From assembly GCF_963921235.1 (NCBI RefSeq), contig NC_086108.1, positions 111,168,001 through 111,232,000 on the forward strand: a DNA stretch of 64,000 nucleotides, given 5' to 3'. The notes below the pieces were generated by a model, which saw only the letters and a list, made by a program, of their open reading frames with translations, made no database searches and was not told the origin of the DNA. This document shows, piece after piece, positions 49,301 through 61,504 of the stretch. The DNA comes from Mobula hypostoma. Taxonomy: Eukaryota. The position numbers and the translations under genes are program-made. Each line of letters opens with the position of its first letter. The stretch's first letter is position 1.

Positions 49301-52300
49301 GGAATTTGTTGCCACGTGCAACTGTGGAGGCCAGGTCATTGGGCGTATTTAAGGCAGAGATTGATAGGTTCTTGATTGGACGTAGCAAAGGTTATAGGGA
49401 GAAGGCTGGGAACTGGGGTTGAGGAGGAGATTAAAAAAAAGGATCAGCCATGATTGAATGGCAGAGCAGACTCGATGGCCCATTTGGCTTAATTCTTCTC
49501 CTGCATCTTCCATCATTCACCCTCACAGATGCTGCCTGACCTGCTGAGTTCCTCTAACATTGTGTGCATTGCTCTGGATTTCCAGAATTTGACATGTCCT
49601 TGGTCTTTGAAATGAACTTTACATGACACCCTTGTGATCCTTTCTGGGACATTCCAAACATATTACAGACAGTAAAGCACACTGAAGACGAGATACTATC
49701 CTGGTGAAACACACACGTTATCACTTGCTAGTACAGATGTACTGAGCAGAAGAATTGTGCTTAGCTGGGAGCTCTGATAACATTGCAACATTCCCCTCAG
49801 TAAACAGCAGATTAACTGCTCAATTAAGGCAACTTTTAACCCACACACCAACAAATACTGATAGTACCCAGCCTGCAAGCGATATCCAGCGCTGCTCCTC
49901 AGCTACCTGGTAATAATTACTGCAAAACAAATGCAATAGTCAGCAAAGCTCCAACATGATAATAGACCACGTTAGGACAGGCTACAAGATGATTAAATTG
50001 CCCATCAGTACGATAAGATGAACTCTTGAACTGAATGTCCGGTACCTCATTATGACTTTACACCTTACTGCCTATATGCACTGCACTTTCCTCTAACAGC
50101 TCTGAATGCATAACAGCTTGGTAGGCAACTGTTCTGCCCATGACTGGCAGAAACTGCAGAGAGCTGTGTCCATATCATATAAACCAGCCTCCCCTCCATG
50201 CACTCTCAACACTTCCTGCTGCCTCAGTAAAGCAGCTGGCAAAATCCAAGATTCCTCCCAGCTTGGACATTCCTTCTCCCATCGGACGGAAGATATGAAG
50301 TCCAAGAGTACACATCACCAGAACCAAAGACAGCTTCTGCCCCACTTAGACTCTTGAAAAGACCACGTGGTTGATAATCTTGTTCGAGGACCTCTTGCCC
50401 TCAATCGATCTTATGATTTGAACTTTATCACTTATCTGCACTGCACTTTGTAGCTGTGACACTTCAAATGGCATTGTTATTTTTAAATTTTGTTCTACTT
50501 CAATGCTGTGTGTAACAAAAGACCATAAGATATAGGAGCAGAAGTAGGCCAGTCAGCCCATCGACTCTGCTCCGTCATTCAGTCATGGGTTGATCCAATT
50601 CTTCCAGTCATCCCCACTCCCTTGCCTTCCCCCCATACCCTTTGATGCCCTGGCCAATCAAGAATCTATCTCTGCCTTAAATGCACCTAATGACTTGGCA
50701 TCCTGAAGTCGTGCCCTCTTGTCCTAGACTCCCCTACCATGGGAAATAACTTTGCCACATCTAATCTGTTCAGGCCTTTTAATATTTGGAATGTTTCTAT
50801 GAGATTTCCCCCCCCCCCCCCCCATTCTCCTGAACTCCAGGGAATACAGCCCATGAGCTGCTAGATGTTCCTCACTCGGTAACCCTTTCATTCCTGGAAT
50901 CATCCTCATGAATCTTCTCTAAACCCTCTCCAATGTCATTTTATAAAGGATATACTAAGGAGCCCAAACCTGCACACAATACTCCAAGTGTGGTTTCACG
51001 AGTGCCTTGCTCTTATATTCTATTCCCCTAGAAATGAATGCCAACATTGCATTCTCCTTCACCACTGACTCAACCTGGAGGTTAACCTTCAGGGTATCAT
51101 GCAGAAGGACTCCCAAGTCCCTTTGCATCTCTGCATTTTGAATTTTCTCCCCATCTAAATAATAGTCTGCCCGTTTATTTCTTCCACCAAAATGCATGAC
51201 CATACACTTTCCAACATTATATTTCATTTACCCCATACCCCTAAACTATCCAAGTCTCTCTGCAGGCTCTCTGTTTCCTCAATACTACCCTCCACCTATC
51301 TTTGTATCATTAGAAAATTTAGCCACAAATCCATTAATACCATAGTCCAAATCATTGACATACATTGTAAAAAGCAGCGGTCCCAACACCGATCCCTGTG
51401 GAATTCCACTGGTAACTGGCAGCCAGCCAGAATAGGATCCCCTTATTCCCACTCTATTTTCTGCTGATCAACCAATGCTCCACCCATGCTAGTAACTTCC
51501 CTGCAATTCCATGGGCTTTTACCTTGCCAAGCAGCCTCATGTGTCAAAGGCCTTCTGAAAATCCAAGTACACCACATCTCTGCATCTCCTTTGTCTACCC
51601 TGCTTGTAATTTCCTCAAAAAATTGCAGTAGGTTAGTCAGACAGGATTTTCCTTTCAGGAAACCATGCTGGCTTTGGCCTATCTTGTCATGTGCCTCCAG
51701 GTGCTCCGTAATCTCATCCCTAACAATTGATTCCAACAACTTCCCAACCACTGATGTCAGGCTAACAGGTCTATAGTTTCCTTTCTGCTGCCTCCCACCC
51801 TTCTTGAATAGTGGAGTAACATTTGCAATTTTCCAGTCATCTGATAAAATGCCAGAATCTATCGATTCTTCAAGGATCATCGTTAATGCCTCTGCAATCT
51901 CTCCAGCTACCATCAGGTCCAGGAGATTTATCCACCCTCAGACCATTAAGCTTCCTGAACACCTTCTCAGTCATAATTTTCACTGCACCAACTTCACTTC
52001 CCCGATACTCCTGAATGTCCAGTATACTGCAGATGTCTTCCATTGTGAAGACTGATGCAAGATACGCATTCAGTTCCTCTGTCATCTCCAAGTTTCTCGT
52101 TACAATATCTTCAGCATCATTTTCTATTGGTCCTATATCTACCCTCAACTCTCCCTTACCCTTCATATACTCAAGGATCTGTATGAGAGAGAAACTTTTT
52201 ACTGTATCTCAGTTCATAAAGCAACTTCAACCCCCCCAACAGAAAGCCACCTGCCCATTGTCCCCCTCCTCAATTATCAGCCCCTTCCTGCCTCAGCCCT

Positions 52301-55300
52301 CCTCACAACTCTTTACACAAAATTTTGATGGAATTCAGCAGCCCAGGCAGCATCTATGGAAAAGAGTACCGTCGACGTTTCGGGCCAAGACACTTAAGTG
52401 TCTCGGCCTGAAACACTGACTGTACTATTTTCCATAGACACTCCTGACCTGCTGAGTTCCTCCAGCATTTTGTGTGTGTTGTTTGGATTTCCAGCAGCTA
52501 CAGATTTTCTCGTTTGTGATTAGACCACGACTTTTTGTAACACCCTCCCTCTTGATGCAGGGTCACAACCAGAAACACCATCCCTCCCTCCACTCCACAG
52601 AAGCTGCCCATATCCTCCAGCTGTTTGGCTCTGTTTAACATACAAAATGCATGCTGCTTGGATCTCCAGCATCTGCAGATTTCATGCTTGTGGTTCTGTT
52701 TAATGCAGTTTCTGGCACCTGCAGTCTCCTGCTTTGCCTCAGATTTCATACTAGTGAATCAATTCTCAAACCAAAATACAACCAAGCCAACATCCAATTC
52801 TCCCAGTCAACACATTAGATGGCAGAAAGAATCAATCACTTTATTGCCAGTATGTGAAACATACTAGAATTGATTGTGGTTCAGGGCCAAACATAAAACA
52901 CAGGACAATACCAAAACAGACAACAATAGCAACCAACAATTTACAAGACAATAGTGCAAACAGCCATGAATAATAAGTAATTAGAACGGTCACATGCACA
53001 AACATCAATAATCAAACTTAAATGTGAACATATGAGCAGACTCAATTATTACAACAAGGAGAGCAGGAAAGACCACTTAACAGATGTTGTGTTAGGGTTT
53101 TACACCTGAGAGTGTTTTGTGGAGAAACTGGATACCTACAGGAAAGCAGCTACAGAGATAACATGTAGCCCTGGTGTTGATGGACAAATAGCGTCTCTCC
53201 GATGACAATTTGGTAAATATGTGACTGTTAGGTTGGGAGAAGCCAGCAGTAGTTTTTCAGCTCTATTCTTCACTCTGGTCTTTAACAGTAGCTGACAGCC
53301 AGCCGACAAAGAACATAGAACACTACAGTGCAGTACAGGCCCTTCGGCCCACAATATTATACTGACCTTTTAACCTACTTTAAGATCACTCTAACCCACC
53401 CTCCAGAGATTTATAGAGCTGCAACTTTACCTCTTAGCTCAAACACAATTTCCCAGCTAACATTTGGCCAACACACCATGTGCTGTGTGGTTTGACGTGG
53501 GCGATCGCAATCCCATGACCACGATTGTTCTTGGCAAACTCTTCTACAGAAGTGCTTTGCCACTACCTTCTTCTGTACAAAATGGGTAACTCCAGCCATT
53601 ATCAATACTCTTCAGAGATTGTCCGCCTGTTGTCGGTGGTCGCATAACCAGGACTTGTGATATGCACCAGCTGCTCATACAACCATCCACCACCTGCTCC
53701 CATGGCTTCATGTGACCCCGATCGAGGGGGTGGGCAGGTGCTACACCTTGCCCAACGGTGACCTACAGGCTAGTGGAGGGAAGGAGCACCTTGCATCTCC
53801 TTTGTTAGAGATGTATCTCCACCCACAAACACAACCTACGTCTTCTTAACCACCTTATCAGCTCGTGTGGCAAATTTGAGAATCTACGTATGCAAACCCC
53901 CGTTCCTCTGCACCTGAGAATCCTGCCTTTAACCCCTGTACTCTGCCTTCAAATTCAGCCTTCCAAAGTGAATCAATCACGTCACACTTTTCTGGGCCGA
54001 ACCCCATCTGCCACTTGTCAGCCCAGATCTGCAGCCTGTCAATGTCCCATTGAACCTATGACAACCTCCACACCACCCAACATTTCTTCAAGTATATTTA
54101 GAGGTAGGTACAATCACAATTTTAAAAAATTGGACAGGAAGGTTGAGGGAAAAGGGAGTAGATGGTACAAACACAAGTATATAAATTGACTGGCAGGATC
54201 CGGACGGGTCAAAAGGCTGTTTCTTCATGCCGTATAACACTGGGTTTATACACTTCCCTACCCCAAACAACATATTATCGACACGTCCTGCCTCTGTAAT
54301 ACTGCCCTTCAGTGTGCCCTCATGAGTCGCCTGCAGGATATAATTAAAATACTTTTTTTCAACATTATGCAAAGTTTCTGCTACTTCAACGAGAACCTGA
54401 TCATTAAATTTGCAGATGATACCACAGTGGTGGGGCTCATCAGCAAAAGTGATGAAACAATGTACAGGGAGGAGGTCAAACACCTATACAGCTGGTGCAG
54501 GGATAACAACTTGAAGCTTAATGTCACCAAAACCAAGGAGATGATCATCGATTTTAGACGGTCTCAGCCTGAGCACACACCCCTCAGCATCAGCGGCTCC
54601 ACAGTGGAGAGAGTGGAAAACATCAAGTTCCTTGGGGTGCAGATCTCCGACAATCTCACCTGGTCCAGGAACACCACTGGGATTGTGAAACAGGCCCAGC
54701 AGAGATTGCACTTTCTGAGGAAGCTTAAACAAGCATCACTCCCCACTAACATCTTAACTACATTCTACAGAGCCGTGGTTGAGAGTGTGCTGTCCTTTTG
54801 CATCACAACCTGGTACTCCAGCTGCAGTGCTGTCGACAAAAAAGCCTTGCAGAGGGTGGTTAGGGGAGCAGAGAAGGTTATTGGGGTCTCTCTACCTTCT
54901 GTCCAAGATCGCTTTCAGAGTCGATGCCTCCAGAAGACACGGTACATCATTAAAGACCCCTCACACCCTCTCCATGAACTGTTTGTTCTTCTGCCATCAG
55001 GCAAACGTTACAGGAGCATCAAAACTAAAACCACAAGGCTACTAAACAGCTTCCTCCCACAGGCAGTCAGACTGCTAAATAGCTGCTCCACCTGACTCTG
55101 CTTTGGACACTTATAACTTGCACTGGACACTTATAACTGATTTTAACTGACATGTGGCTGTTGTGTTTTACTATTTATTGTTATGCTTATTATTTAGTGT
55201 TGCGTTTGTTAATGTTATGATTGAACTGCCCCTGAGAAACGCTGTCTCATTCTGCCCTGCAGGGCTGATGTATGGTTAGAATGACAGTAAAGTTTTTTGA

Positions 55301-55867
55301 ATCTTGAAACTACATAGACAATGAAATGTAGTAAACAACCTGAGCTACCACAATCTGAATCGCTGAACCCAACCACATCCTCTCCCCGGACACAACCCCA
55401 CATCCCTCCTAGGGGTCGCGAGTCCCCACCCAAACCCCGGCTGAGGGTCTCGGGTCCCTCTTTGACAACCTCAAACCTCTCTAGGGCGTCGGACACCTAC
55501 CCAACCCACTCCCGGGGAGTCCCGACTCCTTTCTCGGGCACACAACCCCACACCGCTCGCCGGGGAATCGTGAGACCCCCTCGCCGAAAACCCCACCACC
55601 AGCTCCCTTCCGGACACCACTCCACCCCTCACCGAAGTCCCGGTCGCCCCACTCGGATTCCAGCCCAACCCCAGCCCGCGGCTCCACTAAGCTCACCTCC
55701 AGCTGGCTGGCTCCCGACAACGGGCGGCAAAGGCCGGGCTCGGAGCACGGGCAGCCGGGAATCGGGGACGACCTGACGGGCGGAGCACTGCCGGAGCCGC
55801 AGGCCACCCACAGCCCGTGGAGGGACAGGAAGATGAGGCCGGGGACGCCCCGAGCTCCGCGGCCCAT
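31202..55867 (-). CDS. CTBS: Di-N-acetylchitobiase (GH18 lysosomal chitobiase), 7 coding exons, 1137 nt / 378 aa
   Basis: Exons 55867-55697, 46890-46752, 35521-35313, 33493-33322, 32724-32627, 31917-31756 and 31387-31202 all have GT-AG boundaries and join in one open frame. Motifs CPC..LCRP, WKHYDWSK, DGINLDLE, VMSYD, GVPWYGYDY, VPFRGAPCSDAAG and GIGMWNAN match CTBS. Confidence 0.96.
31756..31917 (-). CDS. CTBS: CTBS exon 6, 162 nt
   Basis: ttcag|AGRCDLQSVPFRGAPCSDAAGTQIPYKKIMQQVDKSITGRFWDDDQKAPYYIYM|gtaaga. Confidence 0.95.
32627..32724 (-). CDS. CTBS: CTBS exon 5, 98 nt
   Basis: tttag|INGYLKLGIDPKKLVLGVPWYGYDYPCIHMSE|gtaaga. Confidence 0.95.
33322..33493 (-). CDS. CTBS: CTBS exon 4, 172 nt
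   Basis: ctcag|VTFDVAWSPDCIDGRCYDYVEIANSCDFLFVMSYDIQSQIWDDCVAKANAPYYQTES|gtacaa. Confidence 0.95.
34140..34830 (+). mobile_element. Degenerate retroviral-type (class I ERV-like) integrase fragment
   Basis: CMTCQKTNPG...PPGPFLHLPVDYIHL..CQGYSDVLVIVDKFS. Confidence 0.6.
35313..35521 (-). CDS. CTBS: CTBS exon 3, 209 nt, catalytic DxE motif
   Basis: ttcag|DVAIKDIIDQVNRTAWIHSKVQLAKKQFLDGINLDLEEAV...EIPGSQ|gtaaag. Confidence 0.95.
35722..36009. mobile_element. Penelope pLTR fragments in fold-back arrangement
   Basis: 35806-35900 is inverted relative to 35913-36009; same family as 9326-9430 and 11990-12126. Confidence 0.85.
35822..35857 (-). ncRNA. Minimal type I hammerhead ribozyme motif (Penelope-associated)
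   Basis: AGTC-CTGATGA-AGG(GTCTCGG)CCT-GAAA-CG-TT-GACT: stem I, intact core, stem II, palindromic ACGU stem III. Confidence 0.7.
37420..45200 (-). mobile_element. Rex1/L2-type LINE 3' end hosting the minisatellite
   Basis: Right flank reads LPSRRRLHSINIRTTSLKSSCFPQAVRLINTST on the minus strand; left flank ends in an (aagatt.)n tail. Confidence 0.7.
37665..45040. repeat. G-rich minisatellite, 28-bp unit GTGGAGGGGTGGGTTAGTGGTCGGGGGT, about 260 copies
   Basis: Period of 28 measured at 37791/37819; variants TC/AC/GT and 27-bp units. Confidence 0.98.
46752..46890 (-). CDS. CTBS: CTBS exon 2, 139 nt
   Basis: tttag|VFAFDVGGQDWKHYDWSKLTTIAIFGAYDPELLCHAHANEVRVVLK-G|gtaact. Confidence 0.95.
47095..49500 (+). 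mobile_element. CR1 LINE ORF2 (degenerate) to 3' end
   Basis: PTRGSAIL, LGTNDHNMI and VTSGVLQGSVLGPLLFTLYINDLDDG. Confidence 0.88.
50520..52168 (-). mobile_element. CR1 LINE RT + 3' end
   Basis: KSPGPDG, NYRPVSLTSVVGK, QHGFLKGKSCLTNL; (ttatggtc) tail. Confidence 0.88.
54380..55308 (+). mobile_element. Rex1/Babar-type LINE 3' portion with open frame
   Basis: KFADDTTVVGLI...KTKEMIIDFRR...LPSGKRYRSIKTKTTRLLNSFLPQAVRLLN; (ttgaatc) tail. Confidence 0.85.
55697..55867 (-). CDS. CTBS: CTBS exon 1 (signal peptide + CPCSEPGLCRP), 171 nt
   Basis: MGRGARGVPGLIFLSLHGLWVACGSG...CPCSEPGLCRPLSGASQLE, then donor GAG|GTGAGC; lies in a CpG-rich island. Confidence 0.92.
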
Positions 55868-56075
55868 ATCGCCGCTCGGCGGAGGGAATAACCCGCTGGC
55901 CGCCGCCTACAAGCCGCGGCCCCGCCCATTGTCCGAGACCCCGCCCCTTCCTTGTGTGGCCCCGCCCCTTCCTTGTGTGGCCCCGCCCATTGTCCGAGAC
56001 CCCGCCCCTTCCTTGTGTGGCCCCGCCCATTGTCCGCGACCCCGCCCCTTCCTTGTGTTGCCCCGCCTCCCTTCC
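55868..56075 (-). promoter_or_regulatory. CTBS promoter: CpG island with tandem Sp1/KLF GC boxes
   Basis: Seven GGGCGGG boxes plus one variant at about 20-21 bp spacing just upstream of the ATG; CpG-rich from about 55400 to 56075. Confidence 0.75.
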
Positions 56076-56310
56076 ATAGTCGTAGTCATACTTTATTGAT
56101 CCCGAGGGAAATTGGTTTTCGTTACAGTTGCACCATAAATAATTAAATAGTAATATGTAAATTATGCCAGGAAATAAGTCCGGGGCCAGCCTGTTGGCTC
56201 AGGGTGTCTGACCCTCCAAGGGAAGAGTTGTAAAGTTTGATGGCTGTCTCATTCTGCCCTGCAGAGCTGCTGTACGGTTAGAATGATAATAACGTTTTTT
56301 GAATCTTGAA
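56075..56310. mobile_element. Short Rex1-type LINE 3' ends directly upstream of the CTBS promoter
   Basis: 56075-56243 is the reverse complement of about 11485-11695; 56243-56310 matches 55241-55308. Confidence 0.75.
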
Positions 56311-57719
56311 TCCTTGTTGTCCAGTGTCATTGTAGTAGTGTAGCTCAGGGAGTGCACGAGTGGCAGTAGTGTGATTGGTTGGTACGAATGTAACAGCACA
56401 CTACTGAAAGCATTGACTATGAATACGAAATAAAAAGACATTGCATGCTTAATTCTTTTTTATTTTTTGATATGAATAAAGTTTAAAACAGGGAGAGCAT
56501 GCAGACTCAACACAGACAGCGCCACAGTTTGCCTGCTGCACTGATCCCAGGCCATGAGCACAGAGTGCAGTACTGGAGATACTCTCTTGAGGGTGGAACT
56601 TTAATGAGAGCTCCCTGCAGAAAAAATAAACCTCATGTGGTATCATTTTGAAAAAGAGAGGGATTCTCCCAATTACCTGGCTAATATTTAACCTTCAATC
56701 AATGGCTCAATATAGGCTTTGTCAGCAAAACAAGAGAGTTGGTCATTGACTTCAGGAAGGTGGGGAGGGAAGGGTAGCATTGTTATCTCAACAGTCTGAA
56801 ATTGAGAGAGTTGTGAGCTTCAAGTTCCCAGGTGTGAACATCACCAGCAGCCTTTCTTGGTCCAACGATGTAGATGCCATGGCGAAGGAAGCACAACAAC
56901 ACCTTTACTTCCTCAGGAGGCTAAAAAAACCCTAATCAACACGCGCGAAATGCTGGAGGAACTCAGCAGGTCAGGCAGCACTGACAGAAATGAATAAACC
57001 ATCAATATTTCAGGCCGAGACTGAGAAGGAAGGGGCAGGACATCAGAATGAAAAGATGGAGGGAGGGGAAGGAGGATAGCTAAAAGGTGACCGGTGAAGC
57101 CAGGTGGGTGGGGAAGGTCAAGGCCCAGAGATGAAGGAATCTGATAGGAGTAGAGAGTGGACCATAGGGGAAAGAGAAGGAGGCAGGGCAACAGGGGGTG
57201 GGTGATAGGGAGAAATTGATAACCATACCATCAGGTTGGAGAAGTACTATCTGGACGCACCACAGCTCATTGAGGCTCTGACTGGATGTGAGTGCAAGAA
57301 ACTGCAGGAAGTTGTGGACACATCTCAGCACATCAGCAAAATCCAGTCTCTCATTCATGGAATTTGTCCACACTTCTCACAGTCAGCATAAAACAGCCAG
57401 CATAATGAAAGAACCCAGCCAACACGGACATTCTCTCTTCTCTCCTCTCCCATCGGGCAGAAGACACAAGAGCCTGAAAGTACGTAGCACCAGGTTCAAG
57501 GACAGCCTCTTCCCTGGTTATAATGGTCTCCTAGTAGGACTCCTGAACTTGATGTCATCATGACCTTGCGCTTTCTCTGTAACCGTAACACTTCTGCATT
57601 CCTCTACTGTTTTCCCTTGTACTACCTCAATGCAACGTTGCAATGGAAGGATCAGTACAAACAGTATGCAAGATAATTCTTCAGTACCTTGTGACAATTT
57701 TAAACCAATTTGTTGCAGA

Positions 57720-59470
57720 GCACCATAGTAGTGTAGTGGTTAGCGCGACACTATTACAGCTCGGGGCATTGGGATTCAGAGCTCACTTCCGATGCTGCCT
57801 GTGACGTTTGTACGCCTTTCCTATGAGTGCTGGGATTCAGCCGAATGCTCCGGTTTCTCCCGTAGTCCAAAGAACAGTTCTGCTTAGTAGGTTAATTGGT
57901 CACTGTAAATTATATATCCATATAACAATTACAGCACGGAAACAGGCCATCTCGGCCCCTCTAGTCTGTGCTGAATGCTTACTCTCACCTAGTCCCACCA
58001 ACCTGCACTCAGCCCATAACCCTCCATTCCTTTCCTGACCATATACCTATCCAATTTTTTTTTAAATGACAAAATCGAACCTGCCTCTACCACTTCTACT
58101 GGAAGCTCGTTCCACACAGCTACAACTCTCTGAGTAAAGAAGTTCCCCCTCGTGTTACCCCTAAACTTTTGGCCCCTAACTCTCAACTCATGTCCTCTTG
58201 TTTGAATCTCCCCTACTCTCAATGGAAAAAGTCTATCCATGTCAACTATATCCCCCCCCTCATAATTTTAAATACCTCTATCAAGTACCCCCTCAACCTT
58301 CTATGCTCCAAAGAATAAAGACCTAACTTGTTCAACCTTTCTCTGCAACTTAGGTGCTGAAAACCACGTAACATTCTAGTAAATCTCCTTCGTACTCTTT
58401 CTATTTTATTGACATCTTTCCTATAATTCGGTGACCAGAACTGCACACAATACTCCAAATCTGGCCTCACCAATGCCTTGTAAAATTTTAACATGACATT
58501 CCAACTCCTATACTCAATGCTCTGATTTATAAAGCCCAACATACCAAAAGGTTTCTTCACCACTCTATCCACATGAGATTCCACCTTCAGGGAACTATGC
58601 ACTATTATTCCTAGATCCCTCTGTTCTACTGCATTCTTCAATGCCCTACTATTTACCATGTATGTCCTATTGATTAGTCCTACCAAAATGTAGCACCTCA
58701 CACTTACCAGCATTAAACTCCGTCTGCCATCGTTCAGCCCACTCTTCTAACTGGCCCAAATCTCTCTGCAAGCTTTGAAAACCTACTTCATTATCCACAA
58801 CACCACTTATCTTAGTATCATCTGCATACTTACTAATCCAATTTACCACCTCATCATCCAGATCATTATTGTATATGACAAACAACATTGGACCCAGTAC
58901 AGATCCCTGAGGCACACCACTAGTCACTGGCCTCCAACCTGACAAACAGTTATCCACCACTACTCTCTGGCGTCTCCCATCCAGCCACTGCTGAATCCAC
59001 TTTACTACTTCAATATTAATACCTAACGATTGAACCTTCCTAACTAACCTTCAGTGTGGAACCTTGTCAAGGGCCTTACTGAAGTCCATATAGACAACAT
59101 CCACCGCTTTACCCTCGCCAACTTTCCTAGTAACCGGTTCAAAAAATTCAATAAGATTTGTCAAACATGACCTTCCACGTACAAATCCATGTTGACTTTT
59201 CCTAATCAGACCCCGTCTATCCAGATAATTATATATACCATCTCTAAGAATACTTTCCATTAATTTACCCACCACTGACTTCGAACTTACAGGCCGATAA
59301 TTGCTAGGTTTACTCTTAGAACCTTTTTTAAACAATGGAACCACATGAACAGTACGCCAATCCTCCAGCACCATTCCCGTTTCTAATGACATTCGAAATA
59401 TTTCTGTCAGAGCCCCTGCTATTTCCACACTAACTTCCCTCAGGGAATTGTCCTGTGATTAGATAGTGCT
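57720..59470 (+). mobile_element. V-SINE split by a CR1 insertion (SINE parts 57720-57911 and about 59445-59470)
   Basis: ggttaattggtcactgtaaatt | CR1 | aattgtcctgtgattag; compare the intact tgtaaattgtcctgtgattag at about 3953. Confidence 0.65.
57912..59444 (-). mobile_element. CR1 LINE (young subfamily), RT + 3' UTR
   Basis: NYRPVS, QHGFVRGRSCLTNL, KYADDTKISG and RGNFFTQRVV. Confidence 0.9.
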
Positions 59471-59486
59471 AAGACAATAAGATATA

Positions 59487-60712
59487 CAGTGCCTACGAAA
59501 GGTACTCACCCCCCCCCCACCCCCCCCCAGAAGTTTTCATGTTTTATTGTTTTACAATGTTGACTCACTTTGAATCGAATTTAATCTTTTTTTTGACATT
59601 GATCCAGCTGAAGACTTTTGTCAAAGTGAAAACAGATCTCTACAAACTGATCTAAATTAATTACAAACATAAAACACAACACAATTGATTGCATAATTGC
59701 TCACCCCCCTTCAAGTCAGTACTTAGTAGATGCACCTTTGGCAGCAGTTACAGCCTTGAGTCTGTGTGGATAGGTCTCTATCAGCTTTGCACATCTGTAC
59801 ACTACAATTTTTCCCCTTTCTTCTTTACAAAATTGCTCAAGCTCTGTCAGATTGCCTGGGGATTGTGAATGAACAGCCCTTTTCAAGTCCAGCCACAAAT
59901 TCTCAATTGGTTTGAGGTCTGTACTCTGACTTGGCCACTCCAGGCCATTAACTTAGTTGTTTTTAAGCCATTCCTGTATAGCTTTGGCTTTATGCCTGGG
60001 GTCGTAGTCCTGCTGGAAAACAAATCTTCTCCCAAGTTGTAGTTCTCTTGCAGACTGTATGAGGCTTTCCTCTAGGATTTCCCTGTATTTTGTTGCATTC
60101 ATTTTACCCTCTACCTTCACAAGCCTTCCAGGGCCTGCTGCAATGAAGCATCCCCACAGCATGGTGCAGCCATCGCCATGCTTCACGGTAGGGATGGAGT
60201 GTTTTTCATGATGTATGTTACTTGGCTTACGCCAAACATAGTGTTTAATCAGATGGCCAAAAAACTCAATGTTGGTTTCATCAGACTATAGAACCTTCTT
60301 CCAGCGGACGTCAGAGTCTCCCACATGCCTTCTGGCAAACTCTAGCTGAGATTTCAAGGAAGTTTTATTTTCATCAGTGGCTTTCTCTTTGACACTCTCC
60401 CATAAAGCTGTGACTGGTGAAGCACCCGGGCAACAGTTGTTGTATCACAGTCTCTCCCACCTCAGCCACTGAAGCTTGTAACTCCTCCGGAGTTGTCATG
60501 GGTCTCTTGGTGGCCTCCCTCACTAGTCCCCTTCCTGCACAGTCACTCAGTTTTTGAGGATGGCCTGCTCTCGGCAGCTGTGCCATATTTTTTCCATTTC
60601 TTGATGACTGAAGAGATATTCAGTAACTTGGAAATTTTCTTGTATCCATCTCCTGACTTGTGCTTTTCAATAACCTTTCGCGGAGTTGCTTGGAGTGTTC
60701 TTTTGTCTTTCT
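59487..60712 (-). mobile_element. Tc1 DNA transposon, degenerate transposase, one TIR
   Basis: TA-CAGTGCC terminus; peptides KHGDGCTMLWGCF, FVFQQDYDPRH, WLDLKRAVH and KAVTAAKGASTKY. Confidence 0.85.
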
Positions 60713-61504
60713 GTGGCTTCTTTCAATCCCATGCAGTAGCTCCCCCCCCACCCCCTACCAGACAGTGATGCAGCTTGTCAGAATGCTCTCCATGGTACAT
60801 CTGTAAAAGTTTACAAGTGTTTTAAGTGACAAACCAAATCTCCTCAAACTTCAAATGCAATATAGCCACTGTCTTGCCTTCTTTATAGCTGCATCGATAT
60901 GTTGGGACCAAGTTAGATCCTCAGAGATCTTGACATCCAGGAATTTGAAATTCCTCACTCTCCACTTCTATGAGGATGGGTTTGTGTTCTCTCATCTTAC
61001 CTCTCCTGAAGTCCACAATCACCTCTTTGGGCTTTCTGATGTTGAGTGAAGATATTTCCTATGGTGGGGGAGTCTAAGGCCAGAGGACTCAGCCTCAGAA
61101 TAGAGGGCATCCGTTCAGAATGGAGATGAGGAGGAGCTTCTTTAACCAGCGTGTGGTAAATCCATGGCATTTGAGAGGGAAATGGATCAGCCATGATGAA
61201 ATGGCAGAGCAGATTTGATGGGCCAAATGGCCCAATTCTGCTCCTATATCTAATGGTCTCTTAAGTAAGGGGCCCAAAGCCACTCACAATCCTCCAAGTG
61301 GTCAGACCAACGTCTTATAAAGCCTCAGCAACACATCCTTTCTCTTATACTCTAGTCCTCTCAAAATGAATGCTAGCATTGCATTTGCCTTCCTCACCAC
61401 CAACTCAACCTGCAAGTTAACCTTTAGGGAACCCTGCACAAGAACTCCCAAGACCCTTTGCTCTGTAGATTTTTGAATTTTCTCCCCATTTAGAAAATAG
61501 TCTA

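Noticed and set aside
55321..56146. Overlapping Pro/Arg/Gly-rich ORFs
   Set aside because: By-products of the GC-rich CpG island and promoter repeat; only 55867-55697 is supported by homology and a splice donor.
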